Notes: generated by a model from the letters alone, not told the origin. A stretch of 32,000 bases of DNA from Candidatus Dwaynesavagella gallinarum (GCA_019120235.1 DWVN01000037.1:800-32799), one strand, 5' to 3'; positions 8,324-16,177 are shown, counted from the first letter of the stretch. Made by a program: numbers and translations.

Positions 8324-9391
8324 ATGGTAGTAGTTTCTTTAGATATGTTTTTAAATAATACGCAGGATACATTTGTTAAACATAAAAATGATAAATTTTG
8401 TTTAGTTAAAGGACACAGAAATTCAGGAAAAACAATTTCGATAATATTTAAAGCTTTATACTTAAAAAGAAACTATTGTTTCGAAAAAGAAGATAAAATA
8501 TTATTTTTAACATCAAAAGAAGAGTGTGGAAATGTTGCAGATATTTTTAATTACATAAATAGAAGTGATTTATATAAATCAATAATCCCATCAGATGATA
8601 TTGAAGTTCATGTTTTATCATATGAAGATCTTGTTTCATTAAAAATGGACAAGGTTTATGCTCATGTGATAATTGATAATATTGAAAAAATGGATGAAAA
8701 TAAGATAACATACGTGTTTTCACTTTTTAAAAATTGTTCTTATTCCAAAGTTTATTTTATACAAAATTCAATTGATAATATTGAAAATGTTTTAAGTATA
8801 CTGGAATGTTCAAGAAAATTAATAGGTGTACGTGAGGGAGTATTTAAATTTAGATATGTAATAGATAATGGAGATAGAGATGAGTTTACTCAAATAAGTA
8901 TGACCCCAGATATTAAGTATCTAAATTATACTTATAAAGAATATGTAGATTTTTGTACGAAGAAAATAAATGGTTATTACACAAAATGTAGAAATTTGTA
9001 TATAGATAAAGGTACATTTTTACATAATGTGACAAATGAAAGTTTAGATGTTTGTTTGTTAAATAGAGAGTTAAATATTAAAGGTTTTGTCAAAGTTTTT
9101 AAACAATGGATGAATTATAAAGAGGATTTGTGTTTTGTAGAAATAGATGATGAGGGTATGGGAAGATATGATTTATTTAGAGGAGATATTGTTTTGATTG
9201 ATAGGAGCTCTAATATAGAAAATAGTGATGTTGTTGTAATTTTAAAGAATGGATATATTTATGCTAGAAAATTTATTGAAGATGAAAATAAATTTAAATT
9301 CATTTCAAGTGAAAATATATTTAAAGAAATACGTATGGATGATGATGTTATTGTTTTGGGTAAGGTTTTAGGATATATAAGGGAATATTAA
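8324..9391 (+). CDS. Hypothetical protein: N-terminal P-loop (UvrD-like 1A-type) module fused to a C-terminal LexA/S24-peptidase-like beta-barrel
   Basis: Walker A GHRNSGKT in LVKGHRNSGKTISIIF. UvrD-like follow-on blocks KILFLTSKEECGNVADIF and HVLSYEDL. Walker-B-like AHVIIDNIEKM (DN, not DE). The C-terminus FVEIDDEGMGRYDLFRGDIVLIDRSSNIENSDVVVILKNGYIYARKFIEDENKFKFISSEN...VIVLGKVLGYI follows the S24 pattern (v.GdSM.P.i.dGDivlvd....ngdivv....g...vKr.....l.L.s.N......i.GkVv), with DEGM in place of GDSM. GGAAGGG RBS. The gene sits alone between a terminator and an AT-rich spacer. Confidence 0.55.
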   Translation: MVVVSLDMFLNNTQDTFVKHKNDKFCLVKGHRNSGKTISIIFKALYLKRNYCFEKEDKILFLTSKEECGNVADIFNYINRSDLYKSIIPSDDIEVHVLSYEDLVSLKMDKVYAHVIIDNIEKMDENKITYVFSLFKNCSYSKVYFIQNSIDNIENVLSILECSRKLIGVREGVFKFRYVIDNGDRDEFTQISMTPDIKYLNYTYKEYVDFCTKKINGYYTKCRNLYIDKGTFLHNVTNESLDVCLLNRELNIKGFVKVFKQWMNYKEDLCFVEIDDEGMGRYDLFRGDIVLIDRSSNIENSDVVVILKNGYIYARKFIEDENKFKFISSENIFKEIRMDDDVIVLGKVLGYIREY

Positions 9392-9430
9392 ATTTAAATT
9401 TATTAATTTATATTAATATGTATTTAGTTG

Positions 9431-9439
9431 TGGTATAAT
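9431..9439 (+). promoter_or_regulatory. Extended -10 promoter element (TGGTATAAT)
   Basis: TGnTATAAT match 35 nt upstream of the small ORF at 9474. I noted no clear -35. Confidence 0.35.
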
Positions 9440-9473
9440 TAAATAAAAAGTTTAGAAGTTTTGAGGTGATTTT

Positions 9474-9647
9474 ATGAAGTTATACAAATTAGGTTTATTG
9501 GCTTTGACTTTATCATTAGTGGCTACAGTTATTATTTTAGATAAGAAAAGAAATGCAGAATGTGATTTTGATTGTGCTGATGATTCAGATGAAAATGTAC
9601 AGGAAGAATCCTCAAATAATATAGTAGTTGAAGAGGCTACTATTTAA
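9474..9647 (+). CDS. Small (57 aa) single-pass membrane or secreted peptide with acidic Cys-containing tail
   Basis: Below the track's size cutoff. GAGGTG RBS plus ATG. Translation: MKLYKLGLLALTLSLVATVIILDKKRNAECDFDCADDSDENVQEESSNNIVVEEATI. A hairpin terminator follows. Confidence 0.45.
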   Translation: MKLYKLGLLALTLSLVATVIILDKKRNAECDFDCADDSDENVQEESSNNIVVEEATI

Positions 9648-9675
9648 CTTTAAAATTTTAAATGATTTAATTTTT

Positions 9676-9712
9676 TAACTTTCTTAAATTTTTTAAGGAA
9701 GTTAAATTTTTT
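9676..9712 (+). terminator. Hairpin plus T-run after the small ORF
   Basis: TAACTTTCTTAA (9676-9687) pairs with TTAAGGAAGTTA (9693-9704), 12 bp including one G-U pair, with a 5-nt loop. Followed by AATTTTTT. Confidence 0.5.
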
Positions 9713-9724
9713 GTGAGGTGTTTT

Positions 9725-9910
9725 ATGGATTTATTAAAAATGGATAAAAATATGTTTTTAAGTATAGTTAATATGAAACTTAGAGATTCTTTTAGTGATA
9801 TAGAAGATTTGTGTTCTTATTTTTCTATAGAAGTAAATGAATTTTATGAAAAATTAAAGGAATTTAATTTAATTTATGATAGGGATGTGAATCAAATTAA
9901 AAATTTATAA
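9725..9910 (+). CDS. Small DUF4250-like protein
   Basis: MDLLKMDKNMFLSIVNMKLRDSFSDIEDLCSYFSIEVNEFYEKLKEFNLIYDRDVNQ resembles the DUF4250 family as I remember it. ATG 9725 after GAGGTG is preferred to the GTG 9713 track start. It lies 33 nt upstream of copA. Confidence 0.55.
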   Translation: MDLLKMDKNMFLSIVNMKLRDSFSDIEDLCSYFSIEVNEFYEKLKEFNLIYDRDVNQIKNL

Positions 9911-9943
9911 TTATAAGAAAATTGTTTTCATAGGGGAAATTAT

Positions 9944-12169
9944 ATGAAGAAGAATTTAAAAATTACGGGAATGACATGTGCTGCATGTTCTTCATCTATT
10001 GAAAAAGCAATTTCAAGGAAGAAGGGAATTAAAAGTGCTATGGTTAATCTTTCAACAGAAAGGTTAACTGTAGAATTTGATGAAAATATTATTTTACTTG
10101 ATCAAATAGAGGAAATAATTTTAAAACTTGGATATGGAATTGATAAATCACAAAGTAGTAGTTATTTAGATAAAAATATTCATACAAAAAAAATATTGAT
10201 TAGATTTATAATTTCACTTATTTTCACTGTTCCACTTTTATATATATCCATGGGACATATGTTTTCATATGAGGTTGTTGATTTTTTAAATCATGAAAAA
10301 AATCCACTGAATTTTACTATAGCTCAGTTTATATTAGTTATACCAGTTTTAATTGTAGGTACTCCTTTTTTTAAAAAGGGACTAAAAAGTTTAATAAATT
10401 TTAAACCCAATATGGATTCATTGATTACTATTGGGACTATTTCTGCGTTTTTATATTCTCTTTATGAAAGTGTAAAAGTTATTAGTGGAAATCATGCTTC
10501 AGCCATGAATCTTTATTATGAATCTTCAGCCACTATACTTACTTTAATTACACTTGGAAAATATTTAGAAGAGGTTACTAAAGGAAAAACATCTAATTCT
10601 ATAAAAAAATTAATAGGTCTTTCACCTAAGACAGCACTAGTTGAACGTGATGGAGTTGAGGTGGAGATTAAAATTGAAGATGTTAAGGTTGGAGATATTT
10701 TAATTGTAAAGTCTGGGGAGAAATTTCCTGTAGATGGTGAAATAATTTATGGTTCTTGTTTGGTAGATGAATCTATGATTACAGGTGAAAGTATTCCTAT
10801 TTCAAAAAAAATAAATGATAAAGTAATAGGTGCTAGTATAAATAAAAACGGATTTGTAAAATATGTTTCAACAAAAATCGGTGAAGATACAATGTTATCT
10901 CAAATAATTAAACTTGTTGAAGAAGCTCAAAATTCAAAATCTAAAATTGCAAAGCTTGCAGATAAGGTATCATACTATTTTGTTCCAACAATAATTTTTA
11001 TAGCAATTGTTTCATTTTTGTTTTGGATATTTTATAAAAGAGATTTTGAATTTGCATTTACTATTTTTGTGTCTGTACTTGTTATAGCGTGTCCATGTGC
11101 TTTAGGACTTGCAACACCAACTTCTATTATGGTTTCAACAGGACTTGGAGCAGAAAATGGTATACTTATAAAATCAGGAGAAGCTCTTGAGATTGCTCAT
11201 AGAACTAATGTTGTTGTTTTAGATAAAACAGGAACTATAACTGAAGGAAAGCCTAAAGTTACGGATTTACTTATAAATAGTGATGTGTTTAATGATGAAA
11301 AAGAATTTTTAAGTTATGCAGTTAGTATTGAAAAGGGATCTGAGCATCCTTTAGGAGAAGCTATTTTAGAGTATGGTATTGAGAAAAAAGTAGATATTTT
11401 TGAAATTGAAGATTTTAAAAATATAGAAGGAATGGGTGTTTCAGCTTCAGTAAATTTTAAAAGAATATTACTTGGTAATAAAAAACTTTTAGATGAGAAT
11501 AATATAAACATCGGAGAGTTTAAAAATGTAAGTGATATTCTCGCTAATTCAGGTAAAACGCCAATGTATATGGTTGTGGATAATAAATTTGGTGGAATTA
11601 TAGCAGTTGCAGATACTGTTAAAGAAAACTCTAAGAAAGCTATAGAAAAATTAAAATCAATGGGAATAAAGGTTTTAATGCTTACTGGAGATAATAAAAA
11701 AACTGCTTTAAGTATTGGAAAAGAAGTTGGAATAGAAGAAGTTATAGCTGAGGTTTTACCTAAGGATAAATCTTTAGAAGTAAGTAAATTAAAAGATATT
11801 GGATATAAGGTTTGTATGGTAGGAGATGGTATAAATGATGCCCCAGCTCTTATGAATGCACATATAGGAATTGCTATAGGATCTGGTACTGATATTGCTA
11901 TAGAATCTGCATCAGTTATTTTAATGAAAAATGACTTGTTTGATATACCAAAGTTTTTCAAACTTTCAAAAAATACTATTAGAAATATTAAACAAAATTT
12001 ATTTTGGGCTTTTTTGTACAATGTAATCGGTATTCCTTTTGCTATGGGAGTATTTTATTTATTTGGAGGAAGTTTATTAAATCCAATGATAGCAGCACTT
12101 GCTATGAGTTTTAGTTCTGTATCGGTTATTTTAAATGCAATAAGGCTTAAATTTATAAAAATAAGTTAA
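9944..12169 (+). CDS. copA: Copper-translocating P1B-type ATPase
   Basis: One N-terminal HMA domain (GMTCAACSSSIEKAI), transmembrane CPC motif (VIACPCALGLATP), phosphorylation site DKTGTIT and hinge GDGINDAPAL. 741 aa. Confidence 0.9.
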   Translation: MKKNLKITGMTCAACSSSIEKAISRKKGIKSAMVNLSTERLTVEFDENIILLDQIEEIILKLGYGIDKSQSSSYLDKNIHTKKILIRFIISLIFTVPLLYISMGHMFSYEVVDFLNHEKNPLNFTIAQFILVIPVLIVGTPFFKKGLKSLINFKPNMDSLITIGTISAFLYSLYESVKVISGNHASAMNLYYESSATILTLITLGKYLEEVTKGKTSNSIKKLIGLSPKTALVERDGVEVEIKIEDVKVGDILIVKSGEKFPVDGEIIYGSCLVDESMITGESIPISKKINDKVIGASINKNGFVKYVSTKIGEDTMLSQIIKLVEEAQNSKSKIAKLADKVSYYFVPTIIFIAIVSFLFWIFYKRDFEFAFTIFVSVLVIACPCALGLATPTSIMVSTGLGAENGILIKSGEALEIAHRTNVVVLDKTGTITEGKPKVTDLLINSDVFNDEKEFLSYAVSIEKGSEHPLGEAILEYGIEKKVDIFEIEDFKNIEGMGVSASVNFKRILLGNKKLLDENNINIGEFKNVSDILANSGKTPMYMVVDNKFGGIIAVADTVKENSKKAIEKLKSMGIKVLMLTGDNKKTALSIGKEVGIEEVIAEVLPKDKSLEVSKLKDIGYKVCMVGDGINDAPALMNAHIGIAIGSGTDIAIESASVILMKNDLFDIPKFFKLSKNTIRNIKQNLFWAFLYNVIGIPFAMGVFYLFGGSLLNPMIAALAMSFSSVSVILNAIRLKFIKIS

Positions 12170-12188
12170 ATATTTTGGAGGGTTTAAT

Positions 12189-12710
12189 TTGAAATTTAAA
12201 TTCAGAAATCTATTTATAATTATTTTTAGCTGTTTTATTTTACTATCTTGTTTAAGTGGATATAATGGAAATTTAAAAAAGGTATCTTTAAATAGAGTAA
12301 TAGATGGAGATACAATAAAAGTTTCAATAGATGGTAAACTTGAAAATGTTAGGTTACTTCTTATAGATGCACCTGAGCTTAGAGGGAGTTATCCTTATTC
12401 AAGTGAAGCTAGAAAATTTTTAGAACGTAGACTTTCTGATGATGAATATGTTTATTTGGAGATGGATGGTAAAGAAAGAGATAACTATGGAAGACTTCTT
12501 GCTTATGTTTGGTATTATGATGGAGATAAACTTAAAATGTTAAATGAAGATGTCGTTGGTGAGGGCTTGGCACGTGTTGCGTATGTTTTTGAAGGTGCTA
12601 AACATTTAGAAATATTGAATTTAGCTCAGGAAAATGCTAAAGTTAAAGGTGAAAATATTTGGAGTATAGAAGGATATGTTACTGATAGCGGATTTAAAAA
12701 GCAAAATTGA
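12189..12710 (+). CDS. Thermonuclease (staphylococcal nuclease, SNase-like) family lipoprotein
   Basis: VIDGDTIKV...VRLLLIDAPE...RDNYGRLLAYVW...EGLARVAY matches the SNase fold signature. N-terminal signal with lipobox ILLSC. TTG start after GGAGGG. Confidence 0.8.
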   Translation: MKFKFRNLFIIIFSCFILLSCLSGYNGNLKKVSLNRVIDGDTIKVSIDGKLENVRLLLIDAPELRGSYPYSSEARKFLERRLSDDEYVYLEMDGKERDNYGRLLAYVWYYDGDKLKMLNEDVVGEGLARVAYVFEGAKHLEILNLAQENAKVKGENIWSIEGYVTDSGFKKQN

Positions 12711-12729
12711 TTTTATAGGAGTATAGTTT

Positions 12730-12927
12730 ATGAAAAAAATATTTATAAGCGGTATGAACTGTAAGCATTGTGAAAGTAAAATAGAGAATGCTTTAAAAGA
12801 TATTGGTGCAAGTTTTATAGAAATTGATTTAGAAAATAAAATTGTAAATGTAGAAATTGATAAATCTAATGAAGAGATAATTGATGCAATAGGTGATTAC
12901 GGATTTGATGTAGATAAAATTGAATAG
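12730..12927 (+). CDS. copZ: Heavy-metal-associated (HMA) copper chaperone
   Basis: 65 aa with the MxCxxC metal-binding motif (GMNCKHCESKIENAL). AGGAG RBS. Confidence 0.8.
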   Translation: MKKIFISGMNCKHCESKIENALKDIGASFIEIDLENKIVNVEIDKSNEEIIDAIGDYGFDVDKIE

Positions 12928-12935
12928 AGATTTTT

Positions 12936-12983
12936 AAAACTGGCAAGTTTATGAGATTTTTCTTGTAAATTGTCAGTTTTTTT
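12936..12983 (+). terminator. Possible terminator after copZ (long-loop hairpin plus T-run)
   Basis: AAAACTGGCAA (12936-12946) pairs with TTGTCAGTTTT (12970-12980), with one G-U pair. The loop is about 23 nt and partly self-paired. Followed by TTT. Confidence 0.4.
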
Positions 12984-13033
12984 ATATTTTATAACATATT
13001 TGATTAGTGTAAAATTAAATTAGGAGGGAATAT

Positions 13034-15238
13034 ATGGGGGATTATATAAAGACAAGGAAGTTTATTTATTTTTTAATTGGGTTTGTTTTAGTTATATTCT
13101 TTTTAATTGTGGGGATTCTTCAAATTTTTTTGAAAGATAAAGATGTGAAAATGGCTAATGGAACCATAAGTCAATTAAAAGAAAATACAAATTTAATTGA
13201 AAAAATTTATTTAGAATGGTGGAATTCTTCTTTAAATAAGGTTTCATCACAAGGGGTTAAAGATATTTATGAAATTAAAAATACTTATGAAAGTTTAAAT
13301 ATTATTGTTAAAGATAGAAATGTTTTAAGAGATGTAATTTTAAATGAAATAATAATAGATGGTACTCCACTTTTAAATTATGATTTTGAAGTTGTTGAAA
13401 CTAAAGATGGAAAAAGTATTTTTAAAATTCCAATTAGTGAATTTAGTGAAAATAACACAAATAAATTAACGGAAGTTATAACTGTCTATAATAGGTATGA
13501 TAATATTTTTTACAACATAGAAATTGATTCTTTTGAGTTTAGATTTAGTTTTTCAAAAGATTCTAATTTTTTATATTTGAATTTTGAAAATTACATATCA
13601 AATTTTTATGACAAAGAATTTAAAGTGGAAACTAGTTATTATAGCGATAATTCCCAAAATTTTATTTATAGTTTTGGTCATGTAAATAAGAATGTGAAAA
13701 TTCCTATTGTAAATAATTTGAAGGTTTCTTTAGAAAGTAAAGATGTGGATATTTTTTTCAAAGAAAATACTAGTTTCACTTTGTATAATAGGTTTGGAAA
13801 TCCTTTTATAACTATAGGAGTTTTAAATTCTTCAGAACTTAGGGTTATAAATAATTATAATTTGTCAAATGTATATGATATTGAGCTTAAGGATCAAGTA
13901 TTTGTGTTTGAATCGAATGAAGATAATATTTTTAAAATCAGCAAAAGAGAAGATAATTCTGTAGATATAATTAATTTAATTGATAATTACAAAATATATT
14001 TTGATGAAAATATGATGAAAACTTATAAACTTTATGAAGATGAAGGAGAAATTGATGATGAGAATTTAATTAACTTTAGAATTTATAGAGATTTAAGAGA
14101 TGGAAATTATGTTTTTGCTCCTAATAAAAGCATTGGTTTATACAGATTTTATGATTTTAAAGAAGATAAATTTTTATCTTATAACGAAGAAACAAATAAA
14201 TTTGTTGATAAAGAAATTGGAAGTAAATTTGTAATAACAAATGATAATAAAATTTTTGATATTTTAAATAGAGTTTTTTTAAAAAGAGATGAAGGAAATA
14301 ATAAAAATTATTTTTATATAGGGGATAGTAATTTTGAAAATGGACATGTTTTTGAATTTAATAATATGACATCCTCTTTATTTAAAAAAGTTAGTTATGA
14401 TGAAATACAAAAAGAAATAGTTTCTGGAAATTACATACAAGTTCTTTTGAAGAATAAAGAAACAGATGAATTTTTAAGTGTTGATTTAAAGTCATCTGAA
14501 GCTATAAATCAAACTTTATACAATGATTCTTATTTAAATATTAAGTTTAATTATAATAAAGGTGTTAGTGATTTAAGTAATTTTTTATTTGAAATACGTC
14601 CATATAATAATGAACTTACCAGTTTTAATTTATACAGCAAAGCTACGGGAACATCTTTAAATACTGATTATGGATTTTTAAATAATAAATTAATATTTGA
14701 TAAAAATAATGACAATAAAGTTAGATTTGTTCTTGAAAAAAATGATGGAAGAGATAATGAATTTAAAATAAAAGATGATTATGGAAGTTATCTAGCTTTT
14801 GATGAATCGGATAATTTTGCAAAGGTTACTTCATCTGGATTTTTGAAAAAGTTTTTTAATGTTGAAGATAATTTTGATGTTTTTGAAATTTACATGGTTG
14901 ATTTTGAAACTTTAGAGGATATAAATTCTGGGTTTTATATTTCCTTTTCTTCAAAGAAGCCTAAAGATGAAGTGTTTTTAAATAAAGTAACTTTAGAAGA
15001 TAAACACCAAAGTTTAAAGAGTATAGATGAGTATATTGTGCTTAAAAATAAGGAGTTTTTATTTTTAAGTGGAGATAATTTAATTGAAGATATGGTAGTT
15101 ACGACTAATTATGGAAATTTAAAAGGTATAGAAAAAACTCTTATTTCAATAAGAAATGAGGATCATTTAGGTTATAGATTTAGAATTTTAAATGGAATAA
15201 ACAATACAAAAGATATAGATTTTAAATTTCAAGATTAG
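13034..15238 (+). CDS. Hypothetical 734-aa membrane-anchored protein (N-terminal TM helix, large N/D/K/F-rich extracytoplasmic region)
   Basis: Strong RBS AGGAGGG. One N-terminal hydrophobic helix, FIYFLIGFVLVIFFLIVGILQIFL, follows basic residues. The whole protein contains no cysteine. I recognise no catalytic motif. Confidence 0.6.
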   Translation: MGDYIKTRKFIYFLIGFVLVIFFLIVGILQIFLKDKDVKMANGTISQLKENTNLIEKIYLEWWNSSLNKVSSQGVKDIYEIKNTYESLNIIVKDRNVLRDVILNEIIIDGTPLLNYDFEVVETKDGKSIFKIPISEFSENNTNKLTEVITVYNRYDNIFYNIEIDSFEFRFSFSKDSNFLYLNFENYISNFYDKEFKVETSYYSDNSQNFIYSFGHVNKNVKIPIVNNLKVSLESKDVDIFFKENTSFTLYNRFGNPFITIGVLNSSELRVINNYNLSNVYDIELKDQVFVFESNEDNIFKISKREDNSVDIINLIDNYKIYFDENMMKTYKLYEDEGEIDDENLINFRIYRDLRDGNYVFAPNKSIGLYRFYDFKEDKFLSYNEETNKFVDKEIGSKFVITNDNKIFDILNRVFLKRDEGNNKNYFYIGDSNFENGHVFEFNNMTSSLFKKVSYDEIQKEIVSGNYIQVLLKNKETDEFLSVDLKSSEAINQTLYNDSYLNIKFNYNKGVSDLSNFLFEIRPYNNELTSFNLYSKATGTSLNTDYGFLNNKLIFDKNNDNKVRFVLEKNDGRDNEFKIKDDYGSYLAFDESDNFAKVTSSGFLKKFFNVEDNFDVFEIYMVDFETLEDINSGFYISFSSKKPKDEVFLNKVTLEDKHQSLKSIDEYIVLKNKEFLFLSGDNLIEDMVVTTNYGNLKGIEKTLISIRNEDHLGYRFRILNGINNTKDIDFKFQD

Positions 15239-15266
15239 AAAAAGTTACAATAAAGTTTAAAAAGTA

Positions 15267-15295
15267 TTGTGTTTAAATGTAAATTATTATATAAT
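15267..15295 (+). promoter_or_regulatory. Putative promoter for the small membrane-protein genes
   Basis: TTGTGT (15267-15272), a 17-nt spacer, then TATAAT (15290-15295). The -35 is weak and the -10 perfect. It is bracketed by a 9-bp inverted repeat, ATGTAAATT (15277-15285) and AATTTACAT (15313-15321). Confidence 0.35.
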
Positions 15296-15369
15296 ATTAT
15301 TAATATATTGTGAATTTACATCATGGTTTTATAAATAAATTTTTTTTGTGTTTTTAGGAGGTGTGTATC

Positions 15370-15603
15370 GTGGGGTTTAATCCTGGTAATGGTGTTGGAC
15401 TTGGAAAAGTTTTACTTGGAGGAACTTTAGGTTTAGCAACAGTAATTGGTTTAAGTGTTGGACTTGGAATTGAAGGTAGTAAAAGAGCAGTTTATGATTC
15501 AAAAATTGATCAACTTAAAGATGAATTGAGGACAAATAGATTAATAGCAGATGATATAAATATAGATCCACCTGGTGGAAAAGGATTTATTAATTCTAGG
15601 TAA
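15370..15603 (+). CDS. Small single-pass glycine-zipper membrane protein (paralog 1)
   Basis: From GTG 15370, 8 nt after GGAGG: (M)GFNPGNGVGLGKVLLGGTLGLATVIGLSVGLGIEGSKRAVYDSKIDQLKDELRTNRLIADDINIDPPGGKGFINSR. The track start at 15361 overlaps the RBS. Confidence 0.5.
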   Translation: MGFNPGNGVGLGKVLLGGTLGLATVIGLSVGLGIEGSKRAVYDSKIDQLKDELRTNRLIADDINIDPPGGKGFINSR

Positions 15604-15639
15604 GTAAATTGAATTTAAAGAAAAAGGAGGGGGAATTTT

Positions 15640-15858
15640 ATGAAATTGCGTTGGTTAGTTGTTGGAGGAACTGCAGCAACGATTTTAGGACTTACGGGAG
15701 GACTTATTGGAGTAGGTGTCGAGAATACTAATAAACCTAGTCAAATAAGTAGATTAAGTGATCAAATTAATGATACTATTTATCCACCTATTCCACTAGA
15801 GTCTAGAAGTTTACCAAGAACTGGGCCTTCATTACCTTCACCTGGATATGAAAACTAA
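15640..15858 (+). CDS. Small single-pass glycine-zipper membrane protein (paralog 2)
   Basis: AAGGAGGGGG RBS plus ATG. Translation: MKLRWLVVGGTAATILGLTGGLIGVGVENTNKPSQISRLSDQINDTIYPPIPLESRSLPRTGPSLPSPGYEN. Same layout as paralog 1: Gly-rich TM helix, then an SxIxxLxDxI helix, then a Pro-rich tail. Confidence 0.55.
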   Translation: MKLRWLVVGGTAATILGLTGGLIGVGVENTNKPSQISRLSDQINDTIYPPIPLESRSLPRTGPSLPSPGYEN

Positions 15859-15876
15859 TATTTAAAATTTATATAA

Positions 15877-16080
15877 GTTTTAAGTGTTATAAGCGGATTA
15901 AATAGAGTTTTACATAGAAGAGGGTTTTATGAATCGCTGAGTAATTGGTGGTTGTGTAGGAATAAGTTTATCATCGTTATAGTAGGAACTGTAGGATTAG
16001 ATCTTGCCTTTAAACTTAGTGATTACTCTAGAATAAAATCTAAGATAGATAGGTTAAGATGTGAGTTACTTCATAAATAA
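15877..16080 (+). pseudogene. Probable decayed third copy of the small membrane-protein family (no credible start codon)
   Basis: The open frame reads ...ESLSNWWLCRNKFIIVIVGTVGLDLAFKLSDYSRIKSKIDRLRCELLHK*. Its SKIDRLRCEL matches SKIDQLKDEL of paralog 1. No in-frame ATG or GTG exists; the only option is TTG 15952, directly abutting GGTGG. The nearby ATG at 15929 opens a different frame, which reads MNR then TGA (stop). Confidence 0.3.
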
Positions 16081-16148
16081 TTATCTTTGTTTTTATATAC
16101 GAATTGAAACTAAAATTATTTTTTTAAATTAATAGGAAGTGTACGTAA

Positions 16149-16177
16149 TTGACAATTTTACTATATGAATTTATAAT
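16149..16177 (+). promoter_or_regulatory. Consensus sigma-A promoter upstream of ileS
   Basis: TTGACA (16149-16154), exactly 17 nt, then TATAAT (16172-16177). Confidence 0.5.

Noticed and set aside
11314-12021. 235-aa minus-strand ORF in the track
   Set aside because: It lies entirely inside copA, whose P-type ATPase motifs are unambiguous on the + strand. Its low-complexity I/S/F/P-rich translation is typical of an antisense shadow ORF in AT-rich DNA.
15939-15960. AGUAAUUGGUGGUUGUGUAGG, which superficially resembles the T-box consensus (AAUUAGGGUGGUACCGCG) upstream of ileS
   Set aside because: It lies about 250 nt upstream of the only terminator hairpin, whereas a T-box must overlap the terminator's 5' arm. 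The ACCGCG half is missing. I found no specifier-loop or AG-bulge elements. The stretch is better explained as the remnant coding sequence of the third small-protein paralog (…SNWWLCRNK…).
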